Shown here: piece by piece, positions 9,957-19,390 of the stretch | Numbering within the stretch: the first letter of the stretch is position 1 | Layout of the letters: every line of letters starts with the position of its first letter | Origin: Halobacteriovoraceae bacterium | GTDB taxonomy: Bacteria > Bdellovibrionota > Bacteriovoracia > Bacteriovoracales > Bacteriovoracaceae | DNA: 64,000 bases | Assembly (NCBI GenBank): GCA_963719505.1 | Contig: CAVRCF010000001.1 | Coordinates: 1-64,000 of the forward strand | Reading direction: 5' to 3' | Made by a program: the position numbers and the translations under genes | Notes under the pieces: model-generated | What the model saw: only the letters and a program-made list of their open reading frames with translations | Told to the model about the DNA's origin: nothing | The model's database searches: none

Positions 9957-11283
9957 TGTTGTTTCTGGGCAATTATGTCCGGTTAATTTCTGAGCGATTA
10001 TGTCCTATCAGACTTTAAGCGCTTTTTCTGTGTTTCGACTTATCACCATAGTCACTTAATCTTTTCCTATTACTAACTTTACATTGAACTTTTCTGCCCA
10101 TCACATCGAAGCTGTAGCTTCCATCAAGGTGAATATTTATATTGATTTCTCGTCCATAGAAACACCTTTTTTCATCCAACACCCAAGTCACATTCTCCCA
10201 ACTAAATACATTTCCAACCATAATTTTTCGCCTAATCTTTTTACAAAATATAATATCTAGGTCTCCAAAAACATTTTTTCTCCAGGCTTTTTCTTCTTCT
10301 TCTTCGGCTTTGACTGAGAATTGAAAATTGTATGCAGGAATAAAAATCTCTTTTAAGTAATAATTGGCTTCTTCAATATTTGTTATGTGATTAAATTCTA
10401 ACTCCGCTACCAGTCTGTCTTGGAATGTTCTCCAGAGTCTCTCTATTCTTCCCTTTGCTTGAGAAGAACCTGCTAAGATTAATTGAATTCCTGTTTGATC
10501 AAATGCTCTCGAAATTTGTGATTCCCACTCGCGCTCTTTCTTACCATAAATACCTGCTTGGTCCATATAGAAACTTTCTGGCAATCCATAGTTATCAACG
10601 ATCTCCCTAATCACCTTCAGAGAGTTATTTGACGTCTCTCCATAGAAAAATTCAGCACCAACAACAATCCCGGTAGCATCATCAATTCCTCCAATCAAAT
10701 CAGTTCTTTCATCACCGAACCAAGTATGATCACTTCCATCAAACTGAATCATCATCCCTTCTTTTGGAAGTCTTGCTCTTGGTTTATGGCACCGTCTTCC
10801 TCTTCGTTTAGGATGTTTTACAAGGCAATGTTTCCTAGCAATTGAGTGAAGTGCATCTTTTTTGATTTTAATTTCCTCATACTCTTCTATCTTTTCTCGA
10901 AAATGAGTTAGATTAAAGTTTCGATATTGATTTTTTAGAAGAGAGACTATTTTTTCTTCAACTTCGAATGGAGTTTTATTGTGAGGAGTTCGATTAATGT
11001 TTCCATGTAAGACACCAATCGAACCCTTGGCCTTAACTTTATTGATAATTCTCTGAGATTGTCGATACGATTTTCCAATCTGTTCAGAGAAGGAAATTAT
11101 AGTTAACTTACCTTCAATAACATCCATGGCCAGGCGATACTGCTTCAATTCTTTTTGTGACATAGTGACTTTTCCCATTCAATTCCCCTAATAACTGATT
11201 GGAATCAGGGTACATAAATATTATTGAATAGGACATAATCGCTGAGAAATAAGGATAGGACATAATCGTCTAGTTTCTATACA
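9957..11283 (-). mobile_element. IS1202-family (ISNCY) insertion sequence with long target duplication
   Basis: TGT left end; two ATTATGTCC subterminal motifs at each end in inverted orientation; flanking direct repeat ACACTCTTTGATTCCTA at 9940-9956 and 11281-11297 (14-17 bp depending on where the right end is placed). Confidence 0.85.
10015..11178 (-). CDS. IS1202/ISNCY DDE transposase
   Basis: N-terminal HTH, QFDGS, GIDDATG, YMDQ, QAKGRIERLWRTFQDRL. Confidence 0.9.
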   Translation of the reverse strand: MGKVTMSQKELKQYRLAMDVIEGKLTIISFSEQIGKSYRQSQRIINKVKAKGSIGVLHGNINRTPHNKTPFEVEEKIVSLLKNQYRNFNLTHFREKIEEYEEIKIKKDALHSIARKHCLVKHPKRRGRRCHKPRARLPKEGMMIQFDGSDHTWFGDERTDLIGGIDDATGIVVGAEFFYGETSNNSLKVIREIVDNYGLPESFYMDQAGIYGKKEREWESQISRAFDQTGIQLILAGSSQAKGRIERLWRTFQDRLVAELEFNHITNIEEANYYLKEIFIPAYNFQFSVKAEEEEEKAWRKNVFGDLDIIFCKKIRRKIMVGNVFSWENVTWVLDEKRCFYGREININIHLDGSYSFDVMGRKVQCKVSNRKRLSDYGDKSKHRKSA

Positions 11284-11468
11284 CTCTTTGATTCCTACTA
11301 TAAATATCCTTGCAGAGTATTGTTTTATAAAGGGATGGCTATTTTTATTCATCAAAGATTGAAATTTAATAGCTCTTTTGTTTCATTTTCACTTCCAAAG
11401 AGACTCTATTCTTTTTCAAATTCATGATTAATCTTTTTACACATGCAAAATGACAGGACAAAAAATAT

Positions 11469-13219
11469 GTAACTGCTCAATAAAGTGTTCTTCAAATCTT
11501 TAAAAATATTTATTTTGAACTAAACATCAGAAATTGTTTGGCCATCCATCTCTTTTTTGTAAATATATCTCCATGGCATTTGATGAATTAAAAAACATGG
11601 CAATGGGATGGGTAAATACTTGGAATAAAGGCAAACTCAAAAGAAAGTTAAAAGAGACTGCTCAGCGTGCTGTAGACCTTACTATAGAAAATTCAGAGTT
11701 GGAAAAAAAGAATAGTGAACTCATAGATGAAGTTCGTCGTCTCAAAGGTGAAAAAGAAAAACCTAAAATAAAGCCAACAAATACTAGTGACCTAAATCCA
11801 CCTCCGAAGAAAGAACATAAGAAAAAGTCTAAAAAGAAAGATATCGAAGTTGATGAAGAGATTGAAATTTCTCCAGATAAAAATGAACTCCCTAAAGACG
11901 CTAAATTCATCGGTTCTAGAGATGTTGTGGTCCAAGAAATAGTATTTAATCGCAGAAATATAAAATTCTCTATTAAGAGATATTACTCTGAAAGTCTTAG
12001 TAGAGTTATCGAAGGTGAGATACCTTCAGGTTTCAAGCGGCCATCAGTTTGGTCCTAAACTTCGGGCCCACATTCTTTATTTGAATTACAAATTAAGAGT
12101 TCCCCACGAAAAGATTAGAGAAATGCTCTCTGAGCTAAAAATTGATATTAGTGCTGGAACTATAAATTCAATTCTAAATAACCTGACTGATGACTTTCAG
12201 GTTGATCTGGAATCCGCAAGACATGCAGGACTAAAAAGAGATTCGAAAGTTCATATCGATGATACTGGGGCGAAAGTTAATGGAGTAAAAGCTTACACAT
12301 TTGGAGTAAGCCATAAGTACTTTACTAGCTTCACTACGAGTTTTGAAAAGAATCGTTGGGCATCGGTGGGAGCACTCTTTGGAGGTGAGCAAAGGTTTAT
12401 TTTCGATAGAGCTGCAATTGATTTTATTGGTAAGAAACTAAAACGTCCCAAGGTTACAGTATTTTTTAACCTTCTAGAAAAGAAGATAAGTTTTAGTCGA
12501 GAAGAATTAGAGGTCTTTTTTGAAGATTCGACTTTCTCAGATGTAACTAAAAAACAAAAAGATATCGTTAGAACTGCTGGTGCACTTAGTTATGCGAACT
12601 CTAGAGCGAATGGACCACCAATAAGATTTTTAATCTCAGATGAAGGGACAAATTTTAATGGGCTTCATAGGAACCATCAGCTTTGTTGGGTGCATGAGAT
12701 TCGTAAATATAAGCTATGTGAGGTTTTCAAAAGAATAGAGAGTGAAACCCTTGAGAAATTGGTTCGTCAGTGGAGAGCTTTTTATAAGCTCATGAAGAGG
12801 TACAGGAATAATCCTGACACCGTTAAGAGAATACAGATTCGATCAGAATTTGAGAGGATCACGTCTTTAAAAACATTAGTTAAACCACTGGATGCACAGC
12901 TTGGAAGAACAAGAAAGAATAGAGATAAACTTTTACTATTTTTGAAATACCCACAACTTCCTCTGGATAATAACCTTTGCGAAAGAGACCTTCGAGAACG
13001 AGTGATAAAAAGAAAAATCTCACTTCAAAACCGCTCATTGAAAGGAATGAAGTCTTGGGACTTGATGCTTTGACTGGCCTCAACTTGTAGAAAAATAAAT
13101 TTGAGTTTTTGGCGATATTTAGAAGATCGAATCTCCCAACGAGAAGAAATTCCATACCTGGGCAAGCTAGTTCAAGCTATTTAAATCCTATAAATTTAAA
13201 CACAATATTGAGCAGTTAC
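11469..13219 (+). mobile_element. IS66-family element (single-ORF, ISBst12-like)
   Basis: Perfect 14-bp TIRs GTAACTGCTCAATA / TATTGAGCAGTTAC; 8-bp target duplication AAAAATAT at 11461-11468 and 13220-13227. Confidence 0.9.
11573..13184 (+). pseudogene. IS66 transposase, interrupted
   Basis: HIDDTG, LISDE, HQLCWVHE, DNNLCERDLR motifs; +1 break near 12038 and in-frame TGA at 13071-13073, after which the frame continues LASTCRKINLSFWRYLEDR to TAA 13184. Confidence 0.8.
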
Positions 13220-13339
13220 AAAAATATTGTCAATTTTCTAAACAGTAGAGAATTATTTTCAACTCCTCTATTAAGTTTATAAAAGTGAAATAAGATTATT
13301 ATGCAAAACAAAACCATCAGGACCAAACCAGGAGACGTA

Positions 13340-14176
13340 ATGAAGCGAATTTCATTTGTACTAATTTTATCATTTTTATGCTCACTAGGGGCACATGCAA
13401 ACAACTTAAGAACAATTAGAGCTAGTATCGATAGTATTGACTCTCTCGTTAACACAAATGCGAGACGTATCAATAGAAGACAAGCAATTGCATCCGATAT
13501 TAATAATATATTGCAAGAAGCCCAAGTTCTTATCGAACAAAGTCTTGCTAGAAACAATCAAGGCCCAATTGAACAAGTTGACATTCAACTTGTAAATGTA
13601 GCGCTTCAGGCTTGTAGTAATTTAAATACCTACTCTGGTAGAGCGAACTGTTTTAAAGGTTATCTAACTAATATTGGTGGGATTCTTCTTGACCTTAAAA
13701 GTGGTTGTGAAAAAGCGAGCAGCTCTGAAAATAAAAGTAATTGTTACACTTATGGTTTAAAAGCTATTAAGGCCAACAAGTTAGAGATTAATGAAGTTGC
13801 TTTAGCGTCTTGTAGTAACCTAAATACATATTCAGATAGAAAGGCTTGTTATGCTGGTCTTGTTAATGAATCTAACGAAATTGGAATCATCGTTTTGAAA
13901 GACGCTTGTAAGTCAGCGAGCTCAAGTGAAAATATATCGAACTGTTTTAAAGCTGGATTAAACGTAGCCAACGTGGTTGAAAATCCGATTGGAGCAATCC
14001 TAAGTGGGTGTAAGGACTTAAACACTTATAGTGACAGATCAAGCTGTTTTAAAGGTGGAGTTAACTCGACTGAGTCACTAGGTCTAAATATTAAAAGATA
14101 TGTAAATGGTTGTTACAATACTTCTTCAAGTGAACAAGCATCTAACTGTTTTAGAAATGGATTAAACGCTTTATAG
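13340..14176 (+). CDS. Secreted Cys-repeat protein
   Basis: AGGAG RBS, signal peptide; three alternating pairs of C.xLNTYS.R..C and C...SSSE..SNC. Confidence 0.8.
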   Translation: MKRISFVLILSFLCSLGAHANNLRTIRASIDSIDSLVNTNARRINRRQAIASDINNILQEAQVLIEQSLARNNQGPIEQVDIQLVNVALQACSNLNTYSGRANCFKGYLTNIGGILLDLKSGCEKASSSENKSNCYTYGLKAIKANKLEINEVALASCSNLNTYSDRKACYAGLVNESNEIGIIVLKDACKSASSSENISNCFKAGLNVANVVENPIGAILSGCKDLNTYSDRSSCFKGGVNSTESLGLNIKRYVNGCYNTSSSEQASNCFRNGLNAL

Positions 14177-14185
14177 TATTTTTCC

Positions 14186-14206
14186 TCCCCCACTTTCTGT
14201 GGGGGA
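14186..14206. terminator. Terminator hairpin between convergent genes
   Basis: TCCCCCAC/GTGGGGGA inverted repeat. Confidence 0.65.
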
Positions 14207-14208
14207 AT

Positions 14209-15024
14209 TTATTTTGTCAGCGCAAAGAAGTGAATATTAAGCTGATAAGTCTCATCACCTTCTCCTTCCCCTACTTCATACTCTTGAATAATTTGATCGG
14301 AAAGTTCTCTTAGGGACTGCTTAATCTTAGGGATATCTGTCTTTTTAATATTAAAACACACGCCATTATACTCACGAGTCTCGACAGGTTGATTTTCAAT
14401 TTGCTCCGCTGCAAGTTGACACAATTTTTTATGATACTCACGCACCGCCTGATTCATAACATCTTTTGTCGTATAAATATGCTGCACTTTTTTTACTAGT
14501 TTACTCCCCTCTTTAACAAGAAGGCCAAGGCTGTCGAGACGAGCTAAAGTCTCTTCGATACTTTTTAAGTTTGTGCTTTGGACAAGTTTGGATTTGATAT
14601 AACCCAGAGTTGATTTAAATCCCTTTTGCTGACTCATCTCCAAAATAAAACCGTGCATGGGTTCGGAAAAGAATTTGTAGGCTTCAACTTCAGAGACTTC
14701 TCGAGTCTCTTTTGGGCCCATAGCTTTTAATCGTTCACTATACATTTCTTTTTCTTCAATAGACTTTGCCCTTTGCAGATCAACGAGTGCCTCAAAGAAA
14801 TTGGCTTCCTTCTTCTCCATCTTAAAACTTTTGATCAGGAGGGGAACATATTTTTTGGGGATGTTTCTTTGACCTTTAAGCATAGCATGCAGAGGTCCAT
14901 GGGACTTCATTCCCAATTGCTTGGCCCAGGATCTTAACGAGAAGGCTGGATTCTTTAAACGTTTTTGTTCGAAAGCATCGCTTAGATACTTTGCGGGGTC
15001 TTGATAATTAAAGATCGTTAACAT
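14209..15024 (-). CDS. TIGR02147/DUF4423-type putative transcriptional regulator
   Basis: KNPAFSLRSWAKQLG N-terminal HTH, REYH, C-terminal YQLNIHFFALT. Confidence 0.85.
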   Translation of the reverse strand: MLTIFNYQDPAKYLSDAFEQKRLKNPAFSLRSWAKQLGMKSHGPLHAMLKGQRNIPKKYVPLLIKSFKMEKKEANFFEALVDLQRAKSIEEKEMYSERLKAMGPKETREVSEVEAYKFFSEPMHGFILEMSQQKGFKSTLGYIKSKLVQSTNLKSIEETLARLDSLGLLVKEGSKLVKKVQHIYTTKDVMNQAVREYHKKLCQLAAEQIENQPVETREYNGVCFNIKKTDIPKIKQSLRELSDQIIQEYEVGEGEGDETYQLNIHFFALTK

Positions 15025-15030
15025 GGAAAC

Positions 15031-15057
15031 TTATCGGTGGAGTCAGGAATTACTTGA
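15031..15057 (-). promoter_or_regulatory. sigma28 (FliA)-type promoter, likely leaderless transcript
   Basis: Minus strand TCAAG-N14-ACCGATAA, 6 nt before ATG 15024, no RBS. Confidence 0.6.
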
Positions 15058-15078
15058 GACCAGATAAAGAGTAAAAAG

Positions 15079-15099
15079 AGACCGGCTAGGAGCCGGTCT
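15079..15099 (-). terminator. Rho-independent terminator
   Basis: AGACCGGCT/AGCCGGTCT hairpin with T-rich tail on the minus strand. Confidence 0.7.
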
Positions 15100-15105
15100 A
15101 AAGTT

Positions 15106-16338
15106 TTAAATTTTTGGTATTATTGAATCAAGGGCTGCTGGATAAGTACAATTTGGATCAACCTTTGATAGTGTTGGAATCGGGAAAGGTTCGCTTTCTG
15201 CTTCACAAACAACTCCTGATAAAATCTCATCATAAACTTTTTCGTTTAGTTCTTGAGAGCTAAGACCGAGATTAATATTTTGAAAATCTTGATGTAAATA
15301 CAACTCTTCAAAAACGGATGTAAATCTCTCACTAATACTTCTCTTATCTGCACTTGTTGCCCTAGACTCAGTAGAAAGTGTATCTCGGAGATCGTCAGTA
15401 GTGTACCTAATAAAGTCACTAACTTCATTGTAATATTCTAGAGCTGAAATTTCTCTAGCTATAAATCTACTAGCCAATGGATCAAGCTTTTCCTTCATGT
15501 TCCTATTGTAAAAGCGAACATAAGTTAAAGTTGAGCTTGAATAATGAGCTCTAACAATATTAGCCTCTCTATCCTCTTTGTCATAAAAGCCTAAGTTATA
15601 CACAGAGTTTGCTATAAACTTCTCAGTAAAGCTTTCATCATATGATATAAAAAAACGAACTAAGTTCCTGGTGGACGCGGATGACTTATGATCGAAATGT
15701 TTTCTTGCAAGTCCATAGATTAATTCATGTAAAACAAGTGTCGCTTTAGATTGATACGAGTGCTTAGAGTGATTAAAGAGCCTTTGATCAATATGCACCT
15801 CATAAAATCCATTCTCACGACTATCTAGAAACACTTGGGCTGCCATAGTAGATATAACGCAGTTAGAGTTTGGAAGAGTAACTGTGCCTAAATCATTTTG
15901 GTATTTTACAGCGTACTCATGAAAGATAAATTGCGAATCAGGTATTAGCAGTCTTGCCTGAGGAATAGCAAAACTCATCGTCATATTATATTTATCGAAT
16001 CTTTTACCTAATCTATCTATGTACTCGTAGATTCGTTCATCTTCTTTGATCTCTAATATTTCAGGTTTTTTAGAGTTTAAACCTCTTCTTTTTTTCGCTT
16101 CATACAAATCATACATTTCAATAGATTCTATAAAAGGAAGGAATTTGTCTGGAATTGTATTTTGATTTTTCTTGATCTCTGCAACGACATCAAAAAATTC
16201 TTCACCAATTGCAATTCGTCCTTCGGGAAAACACACCAGAGCATTTCCACCTCCACTTCCCCACTCTCCTTTATCGTAATTGATAAAAGCGTGAGCACTG
16301 AAGCTAGTTAAAAGCATAATAGATAATATTAATTTCAT
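15106..16338 (-). CDS. Secreted hypothetical protein (GGGNA..VC / HExxY family)
   Basis: AAGGAG RBS, signal peptide, GSGGGNALVC, YDLYEA, VLHELIY. Confidence 0.75.
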   Translation of the reverse strand: MKLILSIMLLTSFSAHAFINYDKGEWGSGGGNALVCFPEGRIAIGEEFFDVVAEIKKNQNTIPDKFLPFIESIEMYDLYEAKKRRGLNSKKPEILEIKEDERIYEYIDRLGKRFDKYNMTMSFAIPQARLLIPDSQFIFHEYAVKYQNDLGTVTLPNSNCVISTMAAQVFLDSRENGFYEVHIDQRLFNHSKHSYQSKATLVLHELIYGLARKHFDHKSSASTRNLVRFFISYDESFTEKFIANSVYNLGFYDKEDREANIVRAHYSSSTLTYVRFYNRNMKEKLDPLASRFIAREISALEYYNEVSDFIRYTTDDLRDTLSTESRATSADKRSISERFTSVFEELYLHQDFQNINLGLSSQELNEKVYDEILSGVVCEAESEPFPIPTLSKVDPNCTYPAALDSIIPKI

Positions 16339-16460
16339 AGGTTTCTCCTTCCGTTCTTATACCTGTGATCATTTAATCTTTAAAATGGACTTTGGTAAAT
16401 TAAAAGGATATTAATTTATCAATTAAAGTTTCCTAAAAGTTAACTAAGAAGGGTAAAAAT

Positions 16461-17280
16461 TTGAAATTATATGAAAATAAATCATATCAAGAGATAATCA
16501 GCAGCTATATAAGCTTTCAAAAGTCCCTTGGGTTCAAGATTACTTTTCAAAAGATCGCTGAAATCATGCGGATTCAAAAGTCCTACCTCTCAAAAGTGAT
16601 GGCCAAAAAAGCAAGCCTCAGTCGTGACCAGCTTTTTCTCTTTTCAAAAGAAATAGGACTAAGCCACGAACAAATGGAGTATCTCTTCTTACTTTTAGAT
16701 TATGAAAGATGTGCTGTAAGCGAATATAAAGAACACTTAAAAAAGAAAATAGACAAACTCTCTTCTGTTCACACTCAAAGTGATAAGTACTTGCAAAAAG
16801 AGACCGTGGAGATCTCTGATGCTCAAATGAATAAGTATTATCTCAATTGTGAAAACCAACTTATTCATCTCTCTTTATCTATTCCCAAGTACCAAAAAAA
16901 TATTGAACTTTTAAGGGACGACCTAAGACTAAGCTCAAAGCAGTTCTCAGATGCTCTAAGCCTCTTACAAGACCTAGGTCTAATTGAGGTTCTCGACCAC
17001 GAAATTAAGCTTCTAAAATCTAATCTTCACCTCAAGCACGACTCTCCCTATTTTTTTACAATGGAAAAACCAGCTAAGCCTCAAGGCCATGGAATGGGAA
17101 AAAGGGTTGGAGCAAAACGATAAATACAACTTTACGGTGAGTTTTACGGCCAACGAAGAAGCAAAAGAGAAAATCAGGTTGGAGTTTTTAAAGATGTTAA
17201 ATTTTATTGAAAAAGCCGTGACTCAAGCCCCTTCAGAGAAGCTCTATCAGATGAATTTTGATCTTTTCAAATGGCTATAG
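16461..17280 (+). CDS. TIGR02147/DUF4423-type regulator (one apparent frameshift error)
   Basis: HTH (IQKSYLSKV); ORFs 16461-17123 and 17089-17280 join on removing one T from the run near 17051-17057; ends LYQMNFDLFKW. Confidence 0.75.
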
Positions 17281-17320
17281 GCGTTAAAGACAAACCACAG
17301 ACGATTATGTAGAAGAGCCT

Positions 17321-18538
17321 ATGAAAAAATCATGCACTCTCATCCTTTTTATATTATCCCTAAACAGCTTTGCTCAAATAGCGACCAAGGTCTATGAGGT
17401 TGAGTTTAAAGCCCATCTTTTAACATCATCAAAAGACCTGCCGCACGAGATAAATAAACAGATCAATCACTCCTTGGGTCCGGCCATTACAAATCAATAT
17501 ATTGGTAAACGCTCATCTCTAACAGAGAAGTTTAACTATACTATTCTTAATCAAACACTCCTTGAGAATGGATTTTCAAAAATTGAATATTCTTTCAAAG
17601 GCCGATTAGTCACGGAAGTAAACTTGGATATAAACACATATGAAGTTATTCTTCCTCTTAATCCATCCACTATTTACAAACGTGCAAATTATAGATGCGC
17701 TTCAAGATCTGGAGAAGACTACTTCTATCAATCTTGGTCACCCACTTTTAAAAAATGCCGACTGGAAAAAGGAATTGATTTCGACTCTTTCGCTCTTTCA
17801 AGTTTTAGTGAACTTGGGACTCAATCTCTTCACCGGACTGAAGATTTTAAAGTCGGTAACGAGCTAAATCTCTTTTTCTATTTTGGTTCAGACTTTCATT
17901 CAATGAGACGATTTGGTCACGGTGAAACTTCGTATAAACAGTCCATGAAGTCTTATCTCAAAATGGGGTTTCGCTACGAAAACAATGATGCTGAGGAGTT
18001 AGAGATTTTTGGACAAGAAAGATTTATTAGTCGTTATCAAAAACTCACTGGACCTCTCAATGGCATTCAAACAAATGTACACTTTCTTCTAGGAAACCCT
18101 GATGATGCAACTCCAGAGGCTAAGTATGAATTTTTCAAGTTTTTTAAATATGCTTTTGAAAACGGGTCAGGAATTTATTACGGTGGTCATGCAGGTTTAG
18201 GTGAAAACTTAAATTTTGATCTTTTAGAGAAAGAATACAATGAGAAAATCACTTATAACCAAAGTCAAAAGCAGATGATGATCTTTAGTGGGTGCTCAAC
18301 CTATCTTCAGTCCAGTGGTTTCTTCTTTAACAAAAAACCAAAAAATCTTGTTCTTGCAACAAATGGTCTAAGCGTAAAACTCAGAGTGAATAAATATTTA
18401 CCTGTAACTTTTTTAAATATTTTTCAAAGCTCTGAAGCCTTTACCAATGAAGACGTCTTTACAGAAATATATAATCAATTTAGAAACTCTGGTGCAAAAT
18501 GGGGTTACTACCCTATGACCGCGGTTGAATCAAACTAA
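17321..18538 (+). CDS. Secreted hypothetical protein (YGGHAGLG / FSGC motifs)
   Basis: 405 aa, signal peptide; His and Cys motifs spaced like a caspase/gingipain-like fold (inference). Confidence 0.65.
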   Translation: MKKSCTLILFILSLNSFAQIATKVYEVEFKAHLLTSSKDLPHEINKQINHSLGPAITNQYIGKRSSLTEKFNYTILNQTLLENGFSKIEYSFKGRLVTEVNLDINTYEVILPLNPSTIYKRANYRCASRSGEDYFYQSWSPTFKKCRLEKGIDFDSFALSSFSELGTQSLHRTEDFKVGNELNLFFYFGSDFHSMRRFGHGETSYKQSMKSYLKMGFRYENNDAEELEIFGQERFISRYQKLTGPLNGIQTNVHFLLGNPDDATPEAKYEFFKFFKYAFENGSGIYYGGHAGLGENLNFDLLEKEYNEKITYNQSQKQMMIFSGCSTYLQSSGFFFNKKPKNLVLATNGLSVKLRVNKYLPVTFLNIFQSSEAFTNEDVFTEIYNQFRNSGAKWGYYPMTAVESN

Positions 18539-19342
18539 ACTTAAGTTCGGTTTTACATTCATGCGCTTTCTCACTTTTTCGACTTCACTTAGATCAATCT
18601 CAAAAGTCGCAACACCCTCTTTCTCGCCAAGGTCAATTAAAACCTCTCCCCATGGACTTATTAATAAGCTATGTCCGTAGGTTTTAATTTTCTCGTTATG
18701 ATCACCCCACTGATTTGTCGCTACCACATAGGATTGATTCTCAATGGCGCGAGCACGATTTAGAACCTCCCAATGAGCTTTTCCAGTAGGCACAGTAAAA
18801 GCCGATGAGATCGTGAAGAGGTTTACTCCCCGGTCAAAGTAGCTTCTATAAAGCTCAGGAAATCTGAGATCAAAACAAATACTCAAACCCATCTTCCATT
18901 TACCAATCTCAAGAATCTGTGGCTTATTTCCCGCACTGTATACCATGCTCTCATCGATAACAGTTTTGCTTTCAGTTTCACTAAGGTCTACGCTGAAAAG
19001 ATGCATTTTATCATACGAGGTGAGCTCAACTCCCATAGGAGAAAAGTTATAGTTTCTATTGATGACTTTTCCCCCATTTGGATTCTTGGTGGCAGCCGAG
19101 CCGCCAAGAAGATAGACTTTATTCTTTATCGCAAGCTGTCTAATTTTCTCATAGTGGGCATTTCCCTTCTCGACTAAGTAAGAAGTTGGCTCCATGCCAT
19201 TACTCATTGAATAAAACACCTCAGGTAGAAATACAGCCTCTATATCCATCTGAGCTTTGGCTTCATCGATAAATTTTTGAATCTTCCCAAGGTTGACTTC
19301 AGGGTCTAACGCTGAGCAAAGTTGAATGATTGCGATTTTCAT
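18530..19342 (-). CDS. Carbon-nitrogen hydrolase (Nit1 / deaminated glutathione amidase-like)
   Basis: FLPE, YDKMHLF, ICFDLRFPE, GKAHW, RARAIENQ. Confidence 0.9.
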   Translation of the reverse strand: MKIAIIQLCSALDPEVNLGKIQKFIDEAKAQMDIEAVFLPEVFYSMSNGMEPTSYLVEKGNAHYEKIRQLAIKNKVYLLGGSAATKNPNGGKVINRNYNFSPMGVELTSYDKMHLFSVDLSETESKTVIDESMVYSAGNKPQILEIGKWKMGLSICFDLRFPELYRSYFDRGVNLFTISSAFTVPTGKAHWEVLNRARAIENQSYVVATNQWGDHNEKIKTYGHSLLISPWGEVLIDLGEKEGVATFEIDLSEVEKVRKRMNVKPNLSLV

Positions 19343-19390
19343 AGTTTCTACCTTTATATTTTCCTCTATATTCTATAGTATATCAGACAA

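Noticed and set aside
13071-13073. TGA recoding (selenocysteine or alternative genetic code)
   Set aside because: TGA ends ordinary genes elsewhere in the window, Trp is encoded by TGG, and the site is in a transposase.
17285-17307. sigma28 promoter before 17321
   Set aside because: TAAAG and GACGATTA are only 10 nt apart, unlike the 14-nt spacing of the other sites.
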